Assembly (NCBI GenBank): GCA_010015585.1
Contig: ML975149.1
Origin: Eremomyces bilateralis CBS 781.70
Taxonomy: Eukaryota
DNA: 64,000 nt
Direction: 5' to 3' (one strand)
Within the stretch, counting starts at the first letter, position 1. Every line of letters begins with the position of its first letter. The notes below the pieces were generated by a model. That model was not told the DNA's origin and searched no databases. It worked only from the letters and a program-made list of their open reading frames with translations. The translations under genes were made by a program, and so were the position numbers. Of the stretch, positions 1-12,139 are shown piece after piece.

Positions 1-494
1 ATCTGAAACTCTGCCTGGCACTCCAACACCAAGGCATGGTGTCATCAGTCGACGTCGCCGGCACCAATCCCCCCGTCTCCCCCCAGTGGATGAACCCCGA
101 CCACGACGTCCTGGGCCACCAGACCGCCAACCCGACCACTCTGCAACTCCAGCCCTGGCGAGCGTATCCCGACCCCGCGGCGGCAAGCGAGCCGGCGCAG
201 TTTAAGTATGAGGTGCCGGAGAATCCGGCGCAGCGGAGGATATGGCTAGGGTTGAAGTACTGGAGTAACCGGCCGGTACTGTCACAGATGCACCTGATCA
301 GCAAACCATCGCGGCGGTTGTCGATGGGGTGGAAGGAGATTGGGATCTTGACGAGAGGGTTGCGGCAGGGGTATGTGAAGGGCGTGCAGACGCCGGGGGA
401 GCTGATATTCGTGGGGACGGATATTGGGATTATGGAGGCGAGGGAATGTGTGGAGCGGAAGGTGGGAGGATTGCTGCTCTGTAGGGCATCATGA
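1..494 (+). CDS. MRPS8: Mitochondrial small-subunit ribosomal protein S8 (uS8m), 5' end outside the window
   Basis: Frame is open from position 3 (LKLCLALQHQGMVSSV...). The C-terminus RRIWLGLKYW...LISKPSRR...GELIFVGTDIGIMEARECVERKVGGLLLCR matches the S8 pattern. Confidence 0.85.
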   Translation, partial: LKLCLALQHQGMVSSVDVAGTNPPVSPQWMNPDHDVLGHQTANPTTLQLQPWRAYPDPAAASEPAQFKYEVPENPAQRRIWLGLKYWSNRPVLSQMHLISKPSRRLSMGWKEIGILTRGLRQGYVKGVQTPGELIFVGTDIGIMEARECVERKVGGLLLCRAS

Positions 495-673
495 TCCGTT
501 TGCTTGCGGAATGCATTGCGGGGATGCGAACGTCCCTCTGTATCATATAATTGTATACTTTGCACCTTGCGGAGCTTGGGCAGATTGAAGGGTTGGTACA
601 TCAGGCCAGACGATGGCGCAGAGCAGTCCGTCTGGTGTCACTCACCTCGATCCGATCTCAAATCAACAAGATC

Positions 674-2380
674 TTATGAAACTTTATTCCTGCCTTCTAC
701 GTCCGCTTGCCGCTTTTGTTCCTCTTTCTCTCCATTCCTCTTCGCTTCTCTATCTAACTCCTTCCGTCTCCATGATCCGCCCCATGTCTTGACAATCAAT
801 AGCGCCGGCACGCACGCGAACCAAATCACCCCAAGGACCGTGCTCGTCCACCCGATTCCCATCGCCTGGTGCATCGGCACGACCACCGCCGACGCAACAG
901 CGCCCAAGCTGCATCGGACGAGGTTATTCGCCGCGGTGGCCGTGGCCGGCTTCTTCGGGAAGAGGTCCACCGTGAGGATATTGATGCAGTTAGCGCCAGC
1001 CGAGATGCAGTACCCCAAAATAAACAAAATCACAATCGTGGCGGCGACGTGGACTTCCTGATCAAGAACCCAGCCCAGGGCAATGACGCTGATGGAGCCC
1101 ATGCAAAACGCGGGAATAGCGACCTCCAGCCTCACGGCTTCTAAGGGGAAGTCGCGCGTGTTCTGATGGCGGTTCTTCGCGAGCGGCACGCCGAGTTGGC
1201 GGGCGTGACGGCGGTAATTCCAGTCGAGAATACGGCCGTTGGTGGCGGCACAGATGATTCCGGCGGCACCTACTGGGATATACAGTAGGGACACTTGGAT
1301 GGTGTTGAAGCCATACGCAGCGTGGGCGACGGATGGCAGGAAGCTAGCCACACCGTAGTAGCACGCCATGAGCAATCCGTTGGCAATGAGGAGGATGGAG
1401 GCTTCTTTGTTGCGGAGGACCATGAGGGTCTTCAGAGGGTTGGGGAAGCGCATCTTGCGGGCAGGCGGCTGATAGTGCTGTTGCTCGTCCTGATCATCTC
1501 CTTTCCGACGAAGCCTCCTTTGCTTCCACCAGGCATAGAGGGATACATTCAACGCCGGCGGCGGTATCGATCCGTTTCCAACGAGTTTCCGGTTGGTTTC
1601 AGGGAAGAAGAAAAGCAGCGGCACCGCAACGATGGCTGCCGTGATGAACAAGAACCAGAAAACCGAGTGCCACCCAAGATATTGTGACAGGAGGCCACCG
1701 ATGACAGGACCCAGAGTTGGTCCAACCATTGGACCAATGGTCGAATAGGCAACATAAGACCCTCGTTCTGCCGACGTGACTATGTCCGCGGCGACCGCAT
1801 ATGACAACGCGATGGTGCCGCTGCTTCCCGCGCTCTGGAGACAGCGGAGAACCAACAGTGCAGCATAGTTGTTTTGGAGCGCCAGTGCTATATTAGCTGT
1901 CATAAACACGATAAAGCAGATCATATACGCGGGTCTACGGCCCGCATCGTCAGAAAACGTGCCCACGAAGGTCGGCGCTAACCCTTGGAGGATCTGCCAT
2001 ATTCCAAGTCAGTCATTGTTCCTAGCGGATCATATAGGAACTACAAGGCTTACAAGATATGTCGTGACGGTAAGGTTGACCAAGCTCTCCGATACGCCTA
2101 GATCCTTCGCGATGTCGTTCAACGCAGGGAAATAGATCGATCCTGATGTCGGGGAGAAGAATGCCACGATTGAAGCCGTGACAATGATCAGCCGTCTCTC
2201 GGTAACTGTGAAGGACGAGTACGGTTCAGACGCGACGAGATTGAGGTCCGGAGCATCGTACGCTTGGACAGAGTCTTGTGGCGACTTCTCACCCGACTTC
2301 TCACCCGACTTCTCACCCGAATTCTCACCAGCGCAATTGTCGATAGCATTGCTATCGTCGTTGCTCCCAGATTCTGCCAT
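674..2380 (-). CDS. MFS drug:H+ antiporter (DHA1/QDR-like), 2 exons (2380-2054, 1993-674)
   Basis: Motifs IYFPAL, SDDAGRRP, LRCLQSAGSS, DIVTSAERG, FFPET and many hydrophobic helices. Intron 1994-2053 (GTAAGC..CTGAC..CAG) joins TTYL|ILQG in frame. Confidence 0.9.
2283..2330. repeat. 12-bp coding tandem repeat (GACTTCTCACCC, about 4 copies) encoding (SGEK)n in the MFS N-terminus
   Basis: gacttctcaccc gacttctcaccc gacttctcaccc gaattctcacca is directly visible. Confidence 0.85.
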
Positions 2381-2924
2381 TGAACACAATGGAATAAAAG
2401 ACGTTGGCTCACATCCATCATAAAAGATAGCGCTTGGCGATGCTTATTATACTTACTTACCTATTCGAGCTTACAACGCGATCGGCACCATTTTGCCGAC
2501 GCCTGCATTGGATCCGCTTTTATGGCTCGGTACACATGTTCAATCCTGCGTTCGTATAGGCTGGTATCCTGCCTTTCGGCTTAAATGACCCTTCGATCAT
2601 TCTTCTGGCGTTCGGGTACGGTACATCGGCGATGAGAATGCGGAGAGGCGGCGATTCAATTGCAGAAGATAGTGCGCGTAGTTCTGAGGAGAGTCCGCAA
2701 GTGCCTCTCAGGGGGTCTTCACGTGTCTAATAATGCCGCAAAGCCGCGACGCCCGCGGCGCACAAAAGGGACTAGTAGTCATGATAGGCTCAGCAGTTCA
2801 AACCACGAAGCAACGTTAGCCGCAATGGACGGTCCCATAGGTGCGGTGGAATTACTCGAAAGTCAAACCTGGACATTCAGAATGATGCATCAGAGTAAAT
2901 TACAACCAAATTAAATACGGAGTA

Positions 2925-3204
2925 CGGAGGTCCATTTCAAAAGTTATTGCTCGCCAAGAAAAGGGTTTGATTATATAAGCCGTTCGAAAGCCGATAGCAC
3001 GGGCAGTAGGGTGCCTAGCCAACGGGCGGGTACTACCCGCGGTAAATCGAATGCTCGGCGCCCTTGCCTCGAATTAGGCTCTATAAGACCTGAATTAAAT
3101 GCTCAGTTGATAGGCAGTCCAGTGCCCGTGGCATAGGCTCTCGAAACTGCTTATATAATCACGCCACTTCCTTGGCGGGCAATAACTTTTGAAATGGACC
3201 TCCG
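2925..3204. mobile_element. 280-bp MITE-like element with ~80-bp terminal inverted repeats and TA flanks (Tc1/mariner type)
   Basis: Left end TA|CGGAGGTCCATTTCAAAAGTTATTGCTCGCCAAG...TGATTATATAAGC...CACGGGCA. Reverse complement of right end TA|CGGAGGTCCATTTCAAAAGTTATTGCCCGCCAAG...TGATTATATAAGC...CACGGGCA. No coding capacity. Confidence 0.85.
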
Positions 3205-3617
3205 TATGTAGTACGGAATATGGAATATTTTATTGGTTGAACGCCAAAATATTTGAAACATTTCGCTGGACAACTATTCCACAAGAACATGACATTCGTC
3301 AGCATGACGCGGCTGATGGAAACCATATTTACACTCTGATGGAGACGGGAGAAAGAAGAGGTGGACAGAGGAAACAAGAGCTACCGGCATTGGTGTTAGT
3401 CGACAGTTATACATCCACTGGTCTCCGTGCAATGTGGCGTTAAAGGAAATGTAATCCCAAAAGCAGGGTACTATTAAAATCGGGAATCAATCATCAATGA
3501 AAGCAAGTCGAGTAAGAGATAGGATGTGGAAGCCGCTTCAATAGACATGCGATTTGTCATTATGGTATCTCTATGGCAGGTCCAGTGTTCCACCCATCGA
3601 ACTCCAGGCTTGTTCCC

Positions 3618-4794
3618 TCAAGCAGTCACCATGGACTTCATGTATTGGTTTCGTGACTGATGGCAGCCTCCACACTCTGCAGTAGAGATGTCCGATTTTG
3701 CCGTTCCCCGCTTGCCTGACGCCCTCTGCATATTTTTCCCGTTCGCAGAACTACCGTCCGGCTGATTGTCATCGTGAGTCGACTCCGTGACAACCGAGCT
3801 CTCGGTTCCGGGAACTGAATCATTGTGGGATGCGTTGACGTAGGGGGTTATCGCAGTAGTTTGGTCCTCAGTACTACGACCACACAGTTTCATGAAATAA
3901 TTCCACGCATCCTGGAGATTAGTTAAAGATTTGATGTTCAAGGTATGCCACTTCCGGAAAAGAAGATGAGCGTTCGCAGTGTAGGTATTGGCTTTCGCGA
4001 GGCTAGTAGATAGTTTCGAGACATCAGCATTCCCGTTTGAGGAACCGGCGTACACTTTCGATAGAGCGGCATATGCTTTCAAGACTCTTGCACACCGTTT
4101 TGAGATTTCAGCATGCGATTTCGAGACTCCCACACACAGTTTCGAGATCTCAACACACACATCTGCGACGATTACAGTGTCCCAGTCGTCGACCCCACAA
4201 ACGATTTTGAGTAGCTAGCCGGCGCCTTCGAAGCATCCATATAGGCTTTCGAGTCATTGGCAGCAGCATTCGAGGCTTCAGCATACGCTTCTGAGACACG
4301 CGCAGCTGCTTCGGCCACAGTGGCAGCTTTCGAGGTATCATGGGCGAGGATAGTAGCTGTAACTTCGGCGGTGGGTGAGTCTAGACATTTACATGCGGCC
4401 TTGAGCCTAGACTCTACAGATCTGGAGGCAAGGCTAGGACCATGGGGTGCAGGCTTCTGAATTCGTGATGTCAGACAATGAAGCAGGTATGAGATGAAAA
4501 TGTGGCCAACTATATACTTCTAGGAAATATAAGGCTCACCTGTGCAGATTGGGCATCCCCCGTGACATTGGCTAAACGCTCATTATTGCCTTTGACCAGA
4601 TTCACCATGCCGTTCAGCTTTGTGAAGAGGCTCTGAATAACGGCAGCAGGACTGACTGGGGTAAATTTCACTTGAGCTCCACGTTCCACATAACCGGACT
4701 CTCCAACCCCGTCTCGGGAGGTGGGAATGCACGCGATGGTCGGAGGTTTGATCTCGCTCAATGTAGGAGGCTTATCAGCCCTGTCCGATAGCAA
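3618..4794 (-). pseudogene. Hypothetical heptad-repeat protein gene with a single frameshift (pseudogene or sequencing error); start uncertain
   Basis: Intron 4457-4549 (GTGAGC..CTGAC..CAG) joins AQ|KPAPHG in frame. 21-bp periodic TTTCGAG units run over ~3995-4335. The frame changes at a G4 run (4193-4196). Confidence 0.45.
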
Positions 4795-7512
4795 ACTGTC
4801 AACTCAAATGGTGTTGTTTCAGTATGAAAGCAGAACCGGGAAGCTGGAACTTGACTGAGAATTGACGGAGACTGAGAAGATTAGCAAATCAGACTTGTAT
4901 GGAACTGACGTGAAACGAAAACGCCGAGAAAGCGGCCACAATAAAGCGACCACGAGAATATGATCACTTCATTCTTTCTCTAAGTCAACATCACTGATTT
5001 GGACTGAGGAATGAATTCATGAGGTTCAAGGCATTTCAACTGCGGACCGAATACCGGATAGGAGACTCATGACAATCTTATTCGGCACGAATTCCATATG
5101 CGTCCGCGCATGTTGGCATATATCGAAATTTGACGGCCTAGAAGTGCGCCATCTGCTCGAGTGCAACAAAAGGCAACACTTGTCTGCTGTGCACGCGATC
5201 TAGTCATTCAGTCTCATCTCCCAAGAACTTTAGCAAAAGCAAGGATGCAGATTTGGTCGCCTGGATCTTGGTCTAATCTAAGATAGCTTGGTTACTAGCC
5301 AAAGAAAACTTCTTCCGTGGTGCAATGGAACCAGGCCATCGAATCAGGCCCTCCGGAACAGACATTCGCGCACGTGTGGCCTCTGCCGAGGAGTAAAGGA
5401 TATCTCAGCACAGTAGCCCGACCAGAATGACATGATGTTCTTATGCTGTGCTGTGTACGGTGCAACCAGCCAGGACTAATCACTGGGCCCGGATCTCTCC
5501 AGGAGCTTTCTGCATGGAGAGAAGGGTACAGTGAGCAGGCCAATCTGACACGATGCAACAACGCAAGTTAGCTGCAAGCAGCCTGCAAGTGCTCGTATAC
5601 GGTATGTATGGACGATTGAGGATTTCCGTAGCCAATGAAGGGGGTTGGGAGCGAACACCTGGACGCATCATATCGATCACCTGGAAGCAGCCTTGCATTA
5701 TCTGGTCTCCGTGGCCTTGTGTCACGGAACGATCTTGACTGGAATGCAGGAACTAAGAAAGAGCTGGATGCGACTTCCAGGGTCATGAAATCACACGATA
5801 TGAAGACCGCTAAAAATGCACGACGGATCCCCATCCGGCGATGATCCGGCGATGATGGTCCTAGTGAGGATATACAGATATATCACCTGACGATGCCTCC
5901 GTAGCTGAGAGAATATCTTCACCGCTGCTCGACACTCCGGTCACATCGATTCGCTATCTCAAGCGGAACCTGCTCTGAGACAGTGACGCAATGTAACCGT
6001 GGCTTCGAATATTTCGAGGAAGTAGAATATACTGAAAGGCCGGACTGGACCGGCGCTCAGAAGCGGCATATCAGGACGACACACGACAGAGTTTAGGTAC
6101 TTGGCTCCTTGCCTACTTCGACCTAAGGAGGGAAGTTTGTCGGAGATTTGCGGTTCTGGCCTGGAGCTCCCCCCTATCGCGTAGCACGGGTTCAACTCCG
6201 CGCGAGAAGATTGAGATGCAACGTCCATTGCATTAATTACGCATTGAAACTGAGCGAAGAAACACAAGCAGTCAATTGGACATGGCGTTTGATGAATTGA
6301 AAGGAGGTAAGTTGGAAGAGTGATGCTCGGACGCATCATCAGACGCATCGGATCGGGCGCGTAGGAACTATCTCCGGCTAACCACAATCCCTTATTGGTG
6401 CCTCGATATCAAGGCCTCCAACCAGCCTGGTGGATAATACTTTTGTTATTTTCGGTATTGAATATATGTCATCGATTTTCAGTTGGTAAGTATTATACTT
6501 TGTGTTCTAAATTGTCCTTGATAGCACTATTATCACAATTGCGGATTGGCGATACTACTTTAATCCTAAAGGGGACCCCGCCAATCCCTTTCCAAGTTTA
6601 GCATCGTACGTAGCTAATATGCAATATAATCCCTTTCGTCTGTAATCCATTTACAGTTCACACCGCTTTCTTTACCATTCGATGGTATCATTTAACCTCA
6701 TTCGGATCAACCCCATTTCTCATCCGAACGGGGCGCTGGGACCCTACTAAATCCCAACTAAATAAGCATCTCCTAACTTTCGCATCCCTTCCGCCATGCG
6801 AAACCTTCCCTTGATGCAAGTCATCCGTGCTAAAAAAGTAGCAGACGGAAGGACTTTCCATCATACGGCTAGAATTATGGGATCAACAGCTATGGTCTTT
6901 GTAGATTTCGGCGTCTGGAAAGTCCGCATCACTCCATAAAAGTCGTCGGACTCCTTGAATCAGACCTGAGCCGTGTGCCAAACCGAAACTAAGAGCATCT
7001 ATGGAGTACTGGAGCCCTTACTCACTGACTTTTTCTTGAATTCATCGACGCGATTCGATATCACCTTGTCTTTACACTCAACACGGTCCCTATCGATCTA
7101 ACTGTCGGACAGTAGTGATAACGTGTGGAGTCGCTTATTTCGGTTTCTCTTTGTCTGCTGAAAACCAAACTACGAGGCGTCTTGTGTGTAATTCGGTCAT
7201 CATTGCATAACGCCTTATAAACCGCTAGGAATTACCTCCGGATTTCCACATGAAGACGAGCAAGCATATTTGTTTCCTATCAGATGTTGCATACCATCCT
7301 GAACTTCATCGGCCCTGGTCCGCTAGATGCGAGCCGGAAGCCAATCATAAAGTTTCGGACGAAAATTCCATCTCCGTCTGTCGGACATGAACAGCTCCTT
7401 GGAGTGAAATAGACGTTCTGATCCTCTTTGCATCGTCCAAGTCTCTTCGCCTTCTATTTTCCCCTGCCAACTTCTTACTATCCGGCGTTGCTCCCTTCAT
7501 TCTGTGCTGCCC

Positions 7513-8122
7513 ATGTCAGCCTTCGCGCCAGGGCTAGCGATATCGGTTCGCACCCTCCCACCACTGCGTCCGGCCGGTCCAAGGGAGACCCCTAGTCCCT
7601 CTGCGGCGGTGTATAGGTACCTCCCGGTCTCGAACAATATCATCCGGCGGAAAAGAGAGACGACGACATCCGCCTGTGAAGCATGTCGAAAGCGAAAATC
7701 CAAGGTTCGGCACTCTAGACGCCGGTCCGATCGGCTCCGTAACATCTAACGTCCTCTTGCAGTGTAATGCGCAAAGACCACGATGTACGCGCTGCACGGC
7801 GCTCGATACCACTTGCGAGTATCAGGCAAATGCAGCTGAGACGCATGCGCAGGCATTGCGGCGAAAGTTCAGCGACTTGAAGGAGACGAAGACGGCATAC
7901 GAGGAGATCTACGAACTGCTGCAGAATCGGCCACCATCCGAAGCGCAGAACATCTACCTGCGGATTCGGCAGGGCTCCAAGGCGGAAGAGATCTTACACG
8001 ATATTCATAACAGCGACCTCTTGCTCCGACTCTCCTCGAATGCCCGAGGCGGAGATGTGACGACTAGCACCGGCTCGAACTGTATGCTACCGGCGCATGT
8101 TTCTTTCCTGTCACAGCAATGA
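7513..8122 (+). CDS. Short Zn(II)2Cys6 transcription factor (exons 7513-7704, 7763-8122)
   Basis: Spliced product gives ACEACRKRKSK|CNAQRPRCTRCTALDTTCEY, a complete six-Cys binuclear cluster. Intron GTTCGG..CTAAC..CAG. Confidence 0.85.
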
Positions 8123-8870
8123 ACTGATCTTCCTAGTGATGAGAACTCCAAAGCAGTGGGATAGGCTAGCTCGAGAACCCACCCCAAGCTTCGACCATGA
8201 GTCAACCTCTCCGTCGCCAGATTCTCCGTAAGGTTCCGCGGGCAGAGACAGTTTCTCTTTAGGACCGATATGTGAGTAGGAGAGCGATGAGAGGAGGTTT
8301 CACGGCGTTTTAGGATTATTTCACGCAAGAGTATTAGAATATTATATTCTAGGAAATCAGGATATCGAACATTCCTCAGCGGATATCGTTTCGAATGGCA
8401 GAGTATTTAGCTTCTGGCCAAAACAAAAGCCATCGACCAGCTCGACCACTCTAGGCGAAAGTAATTCAGATACCTGTAGATAGTGTATTTTGACTACGAC
8501 CCGATAATGTGACTTTTATCATGAATTGATATCGGCCTGGACTTGCTGGACCCTTCTTCACCCGACTCGCCAAACCATCCGAAGTGGGGTACTTCCGTGG
8601 AATGGCGACGTCGTATTGGCGCATCACCAACGGCAAGCATCAAATCTGCTTCATCTGAATCACCTCCGATCTCCGACCTGGAGTACGGAATTCTAACAAT
8701 TTACTTGCCTTGCTGCTCCTCCGATAAATTATAAACCGTTGGCACTTTTGTGTTTCTCGTCTCATTTCCCTGAAACCTACTCCCTGCGAGGATATAACTT
8801 TGCGGTTCTCAGCCTGCCGTCAACGGTCCCGCAACGACTCATTAGAGAAGACCTTTGGGCGGCCTTGCAG

Positions 8871-10227
8871 ATGTCCACCGAGAAACCAAAAGGGCCCTGT
8901 AGTGGCAATGACTGCGATAAAGAAGCCGAGGACCTTCAGTGTCCGAAATGCCAGAGCCTAGGAATCGAAAGCTATTTCTGCACCCAGGAATGTTTCAAAA
9001 GAAACTGGGTACGTTCGCCACCACGATGCAGAGCGGATCAAGACTGATATCAGTGTTAGGGCACACACAAGGCGGTCCATAAGAGCAAAAGTCTGTCGTT
9101 CAAAGATATCTTCGCCCCTAAAGTCGTGTCTAAACCCGACCCAATCACAGGCTTCTACAACCCCTTCCCGACCTTCCCGTTTACCGGCAGTCTGCGACCG
9201 GTCTATCCACTGTCGGCCACCAGGCAGTTGCCAGACAGCATACGGAGACCGGATTATGCCAAAGATGGCATTCCGCGATCGGAACAGAGCCCCGTCACGC
9301 GAAACAAGCTGAAGATCCTGAGCAAGGAGGAGCAGGAGGGCATGCGAAAGGTTTGCCGGTTGGCAAGAGAGGTCCTGGATATCGCAGCCGCCGCCGCCAA
9401 ACCAGGGGTGACTACCGATTACATAGATGAGATCGTTCACAAGGCATGCATTGAGAGAAATGTAGGTGTTCCCCGGTTGCCAGTTGGACATCACTAACAC
9501 GACCAGTCCTATCCATCTCCCCTGAACTACTGCCATTTCCCGAAATCCGTCTGCACCTCCCCCAATGAGATCATCTGCCACGGCATCCCCGACAACCGCG
9601 TCCTCGTTGATGGTGACATCCTCAACATCGACGTCACCCTCTACCATGGCGGCTTCCACGGCGACCTCAACGAAACTTATTACATCGGCTCCCGCGCCCG
9701 CGCCGACCCGGACTCTGTGCGCGTCGTCGAAACCGCGCGCGAATGCCTCGACAAATCTATCGAGCTCGTCAAGCCCGGGATGCTGTTCCGCGACCCCGGC
9801 AACGTGATCGAGAAGCACGCGAAGAGCCGGAACTGTGGCGTCATCCGCACGTACTGCGGACACGGGATCAATCAGTTGTTCCACTGCGCACCAAACGTGC
9901 CGCATTATGCGAAGAGCAAGGCGGTGGGGACGGCGAAGCCGGGGATGTGTTTTACGATTGAGCCGATGATTAGCTTGGGGTCGTATCGGGATAAGACGTG
10001 GCCGGATGATTGGACTAGTGCGACGGTGGATGGATCGCGGACGGCGCAGTTCGGTAAGCAGTACTCAGGGTATATTGTATACTAGATGCTAACAGTGCTT
10101 AGAACATACTCTCCTTGTGACGGAGACCGGAGTGGAAATCTTGACGGCGAGGTTTCCCAATTCCCCGGGTGGGTCGGTACCGATGCCAGAGGCCAAGATG
10201 GAGGAGAAAGGGGAGGGGAAAGATTGA
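8871..10227 (+). CDS. MAP1: Methionine aminopeptidase 1 (exons 8871-9008, 9060-9461, 9507-10053, 10103-10227)
   Basis: N-terminal zinc finger ([15 protein letters not shown]), [45 protein letters not shown]. Three canonical introns. Confidence 0.95.
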
Positions 10228-11057
10228 GGATTGGTGATGAGATAATGAGGATCTGAACGGGATAAATGCTATTTTATTATTCAACGAGAATTCTCGACGG
10301 CCGTGATCCAGCAAGGCGTTGGATGACTGATGGAGAATGGTCACGCCATACATGGAGGGACAGCTACGTATTCCGTTCACTGCCTACACAACATTACTCC
10401 ATGATGCAGCCATTATAGTATAAACACCGTGGCATTTACGTATCTGTAGTCTGCTGCCTAGTTTCTTTTCGAGCCAAAAGAGCATTATCAGAATCATGCA
10501 GCCTTGCCGATATTGCGGCAGCCCACCAGACACTCCCCTGTGCAAGCAGATCCCAGGCATTCAGGCAACAAGGCGTCAATCCAGGATGGAGGGATTCTCA
10601 ACGCCTCGCCAACCTCATCAACTTCGCCTGTGATCCGTGAGGTCATCCCAACCTCAATCCTGATAGCTTTTCCTACCTTCTCCAACATTCCCCTCTACCG
10701 TCAAAATCCTATAACCATACCCTCTTCGTCCGACTGGTGTCCGCCTCCGCCGAAACCTCCTGAACACCCGACCAACACGGCTCTTACCCGTCCAAACGGT
10801 TAACTCCGCTCGCCCCACGCTCCATCGTCGCATTGCTGATTGCCTGCTACCGACTCATTGCTAGACGCGATCGACCAACAGGGACCTCTGGATACCGGAG
10901 ATCAGTGACAAGCGCAAGACCGAGCAACCGTTCGAGATCTGTGAGCTGCAAAAGGTCGCGGGGATACCGTATAGGAGGAGGAACGCAAAATCAGCAAACT
11001 CGGGATTCCCAGCACCAGTCCCGCACACAACAACAACACCACACGCCGTAATCCACA

Positions 11058-11672
11058 ATGTCCGGAGAAGCATGGCTGTATCTCCTCGCCGTGCTGATCA
11101 ACGCGGTGAACCTGTTTTTGCAGGTCTTCTTCACGATCATGTACAGCGACTTGGAATGGTAGGTTCCCTCTCCGGTGATCGGACCCCGATGATAGTCGGG
11201 AACGATGGAGATAGCCAGAGCTAACCACGAACTGGATAGTGACTATATCAACCCGATCGACCTCTGCAACCGCTTGAACACGTACATCATCCCAGAGGCG
11301 GCCGTGCATGCGTTTTTGACGTTCTTGTTCGTGATCAATGGATACTGGCTTGCTATCATTCTGAACCTACCGCTACTAGCGTGGAACGCGAAGAAGTATG
11401 AATTCAGTGGAACGATCGATTGTCGGGGATGCACGACTGACTAGAAAATAGGATCTTTGAGAATTCGCACCTCCTCGACGCGACGGAGATCTTCCGGAAG
11501 TTGAACGTGCATAAGAAGGTATGAATCCCCCCTCTGGGCACGCTTGATCCCGTTGGAGCAGTGCTAACCTCGCCGCTAGGAATCGTTCATCAAACTGGGT
11601 TTCCACCTCGTCATGTTTTTCTTCTACCTCTACTCCATGATCGTGGCTCTAATCCGCGACGAGTCCCATTAA
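11058..11672 (+). CDS. ERV14: Cornichon-family ER cargo receptor (exons 11058-11158, 11240-11395, 11452-11518, 11580-11672)
   Basis: [47 protein letters not shown]...[11 protein letters not shown]...[10 protein letters not shown]. Canonical introns. Confidence 0.93.
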
Positions 11673-12139
11673 CCGTCTCGCCCACAATGAACATCTAGAA
11701 CCTAGAAACCCTCGAAAACCGTGGTCCATCGCGTGGGCGAACTCCGCAGCATGGCGCAGGTGGACGAGACGACGTGGTGGCGGAATGGATGGGAGCGAGA
11801 TAGAGGATTGGAGGACATGAGATGGGATGAATCCTGTATAGATGGGGAAGGGAAAGGGGACGGGCGGATTTCATCAGACTTTGATTTTTCTATAGCGGGC
11901 GATAAGCGACCGTGAGGATTTTGGTAACTCTCTACGTTTCCGTCGCGGATGTCCATAATGGCTTATCTGACCAACACCGTTTTTTGGTTCCATGCGGTCG
12001 TTCGTGTCGGATGTGTGGCTGATTTGTTTGGTGATGTTGAGTTACGGGACAAGGGAAGATCCAGAGATTTGTAACAGGTATGTTATCTTGATGAAGAGCT
12101 GGTTCCAGTGTCTCAACAAGCGATTCTACCGGTCTCAAC

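Noticed and set aside
8958..9905. Long antisense ORFs over MAP1 (likewise over ALDH, MFS, PRX1 and TSC1)
   Set aside because: Shadow ORFs expected from high GC3 codon usage of the real genes.
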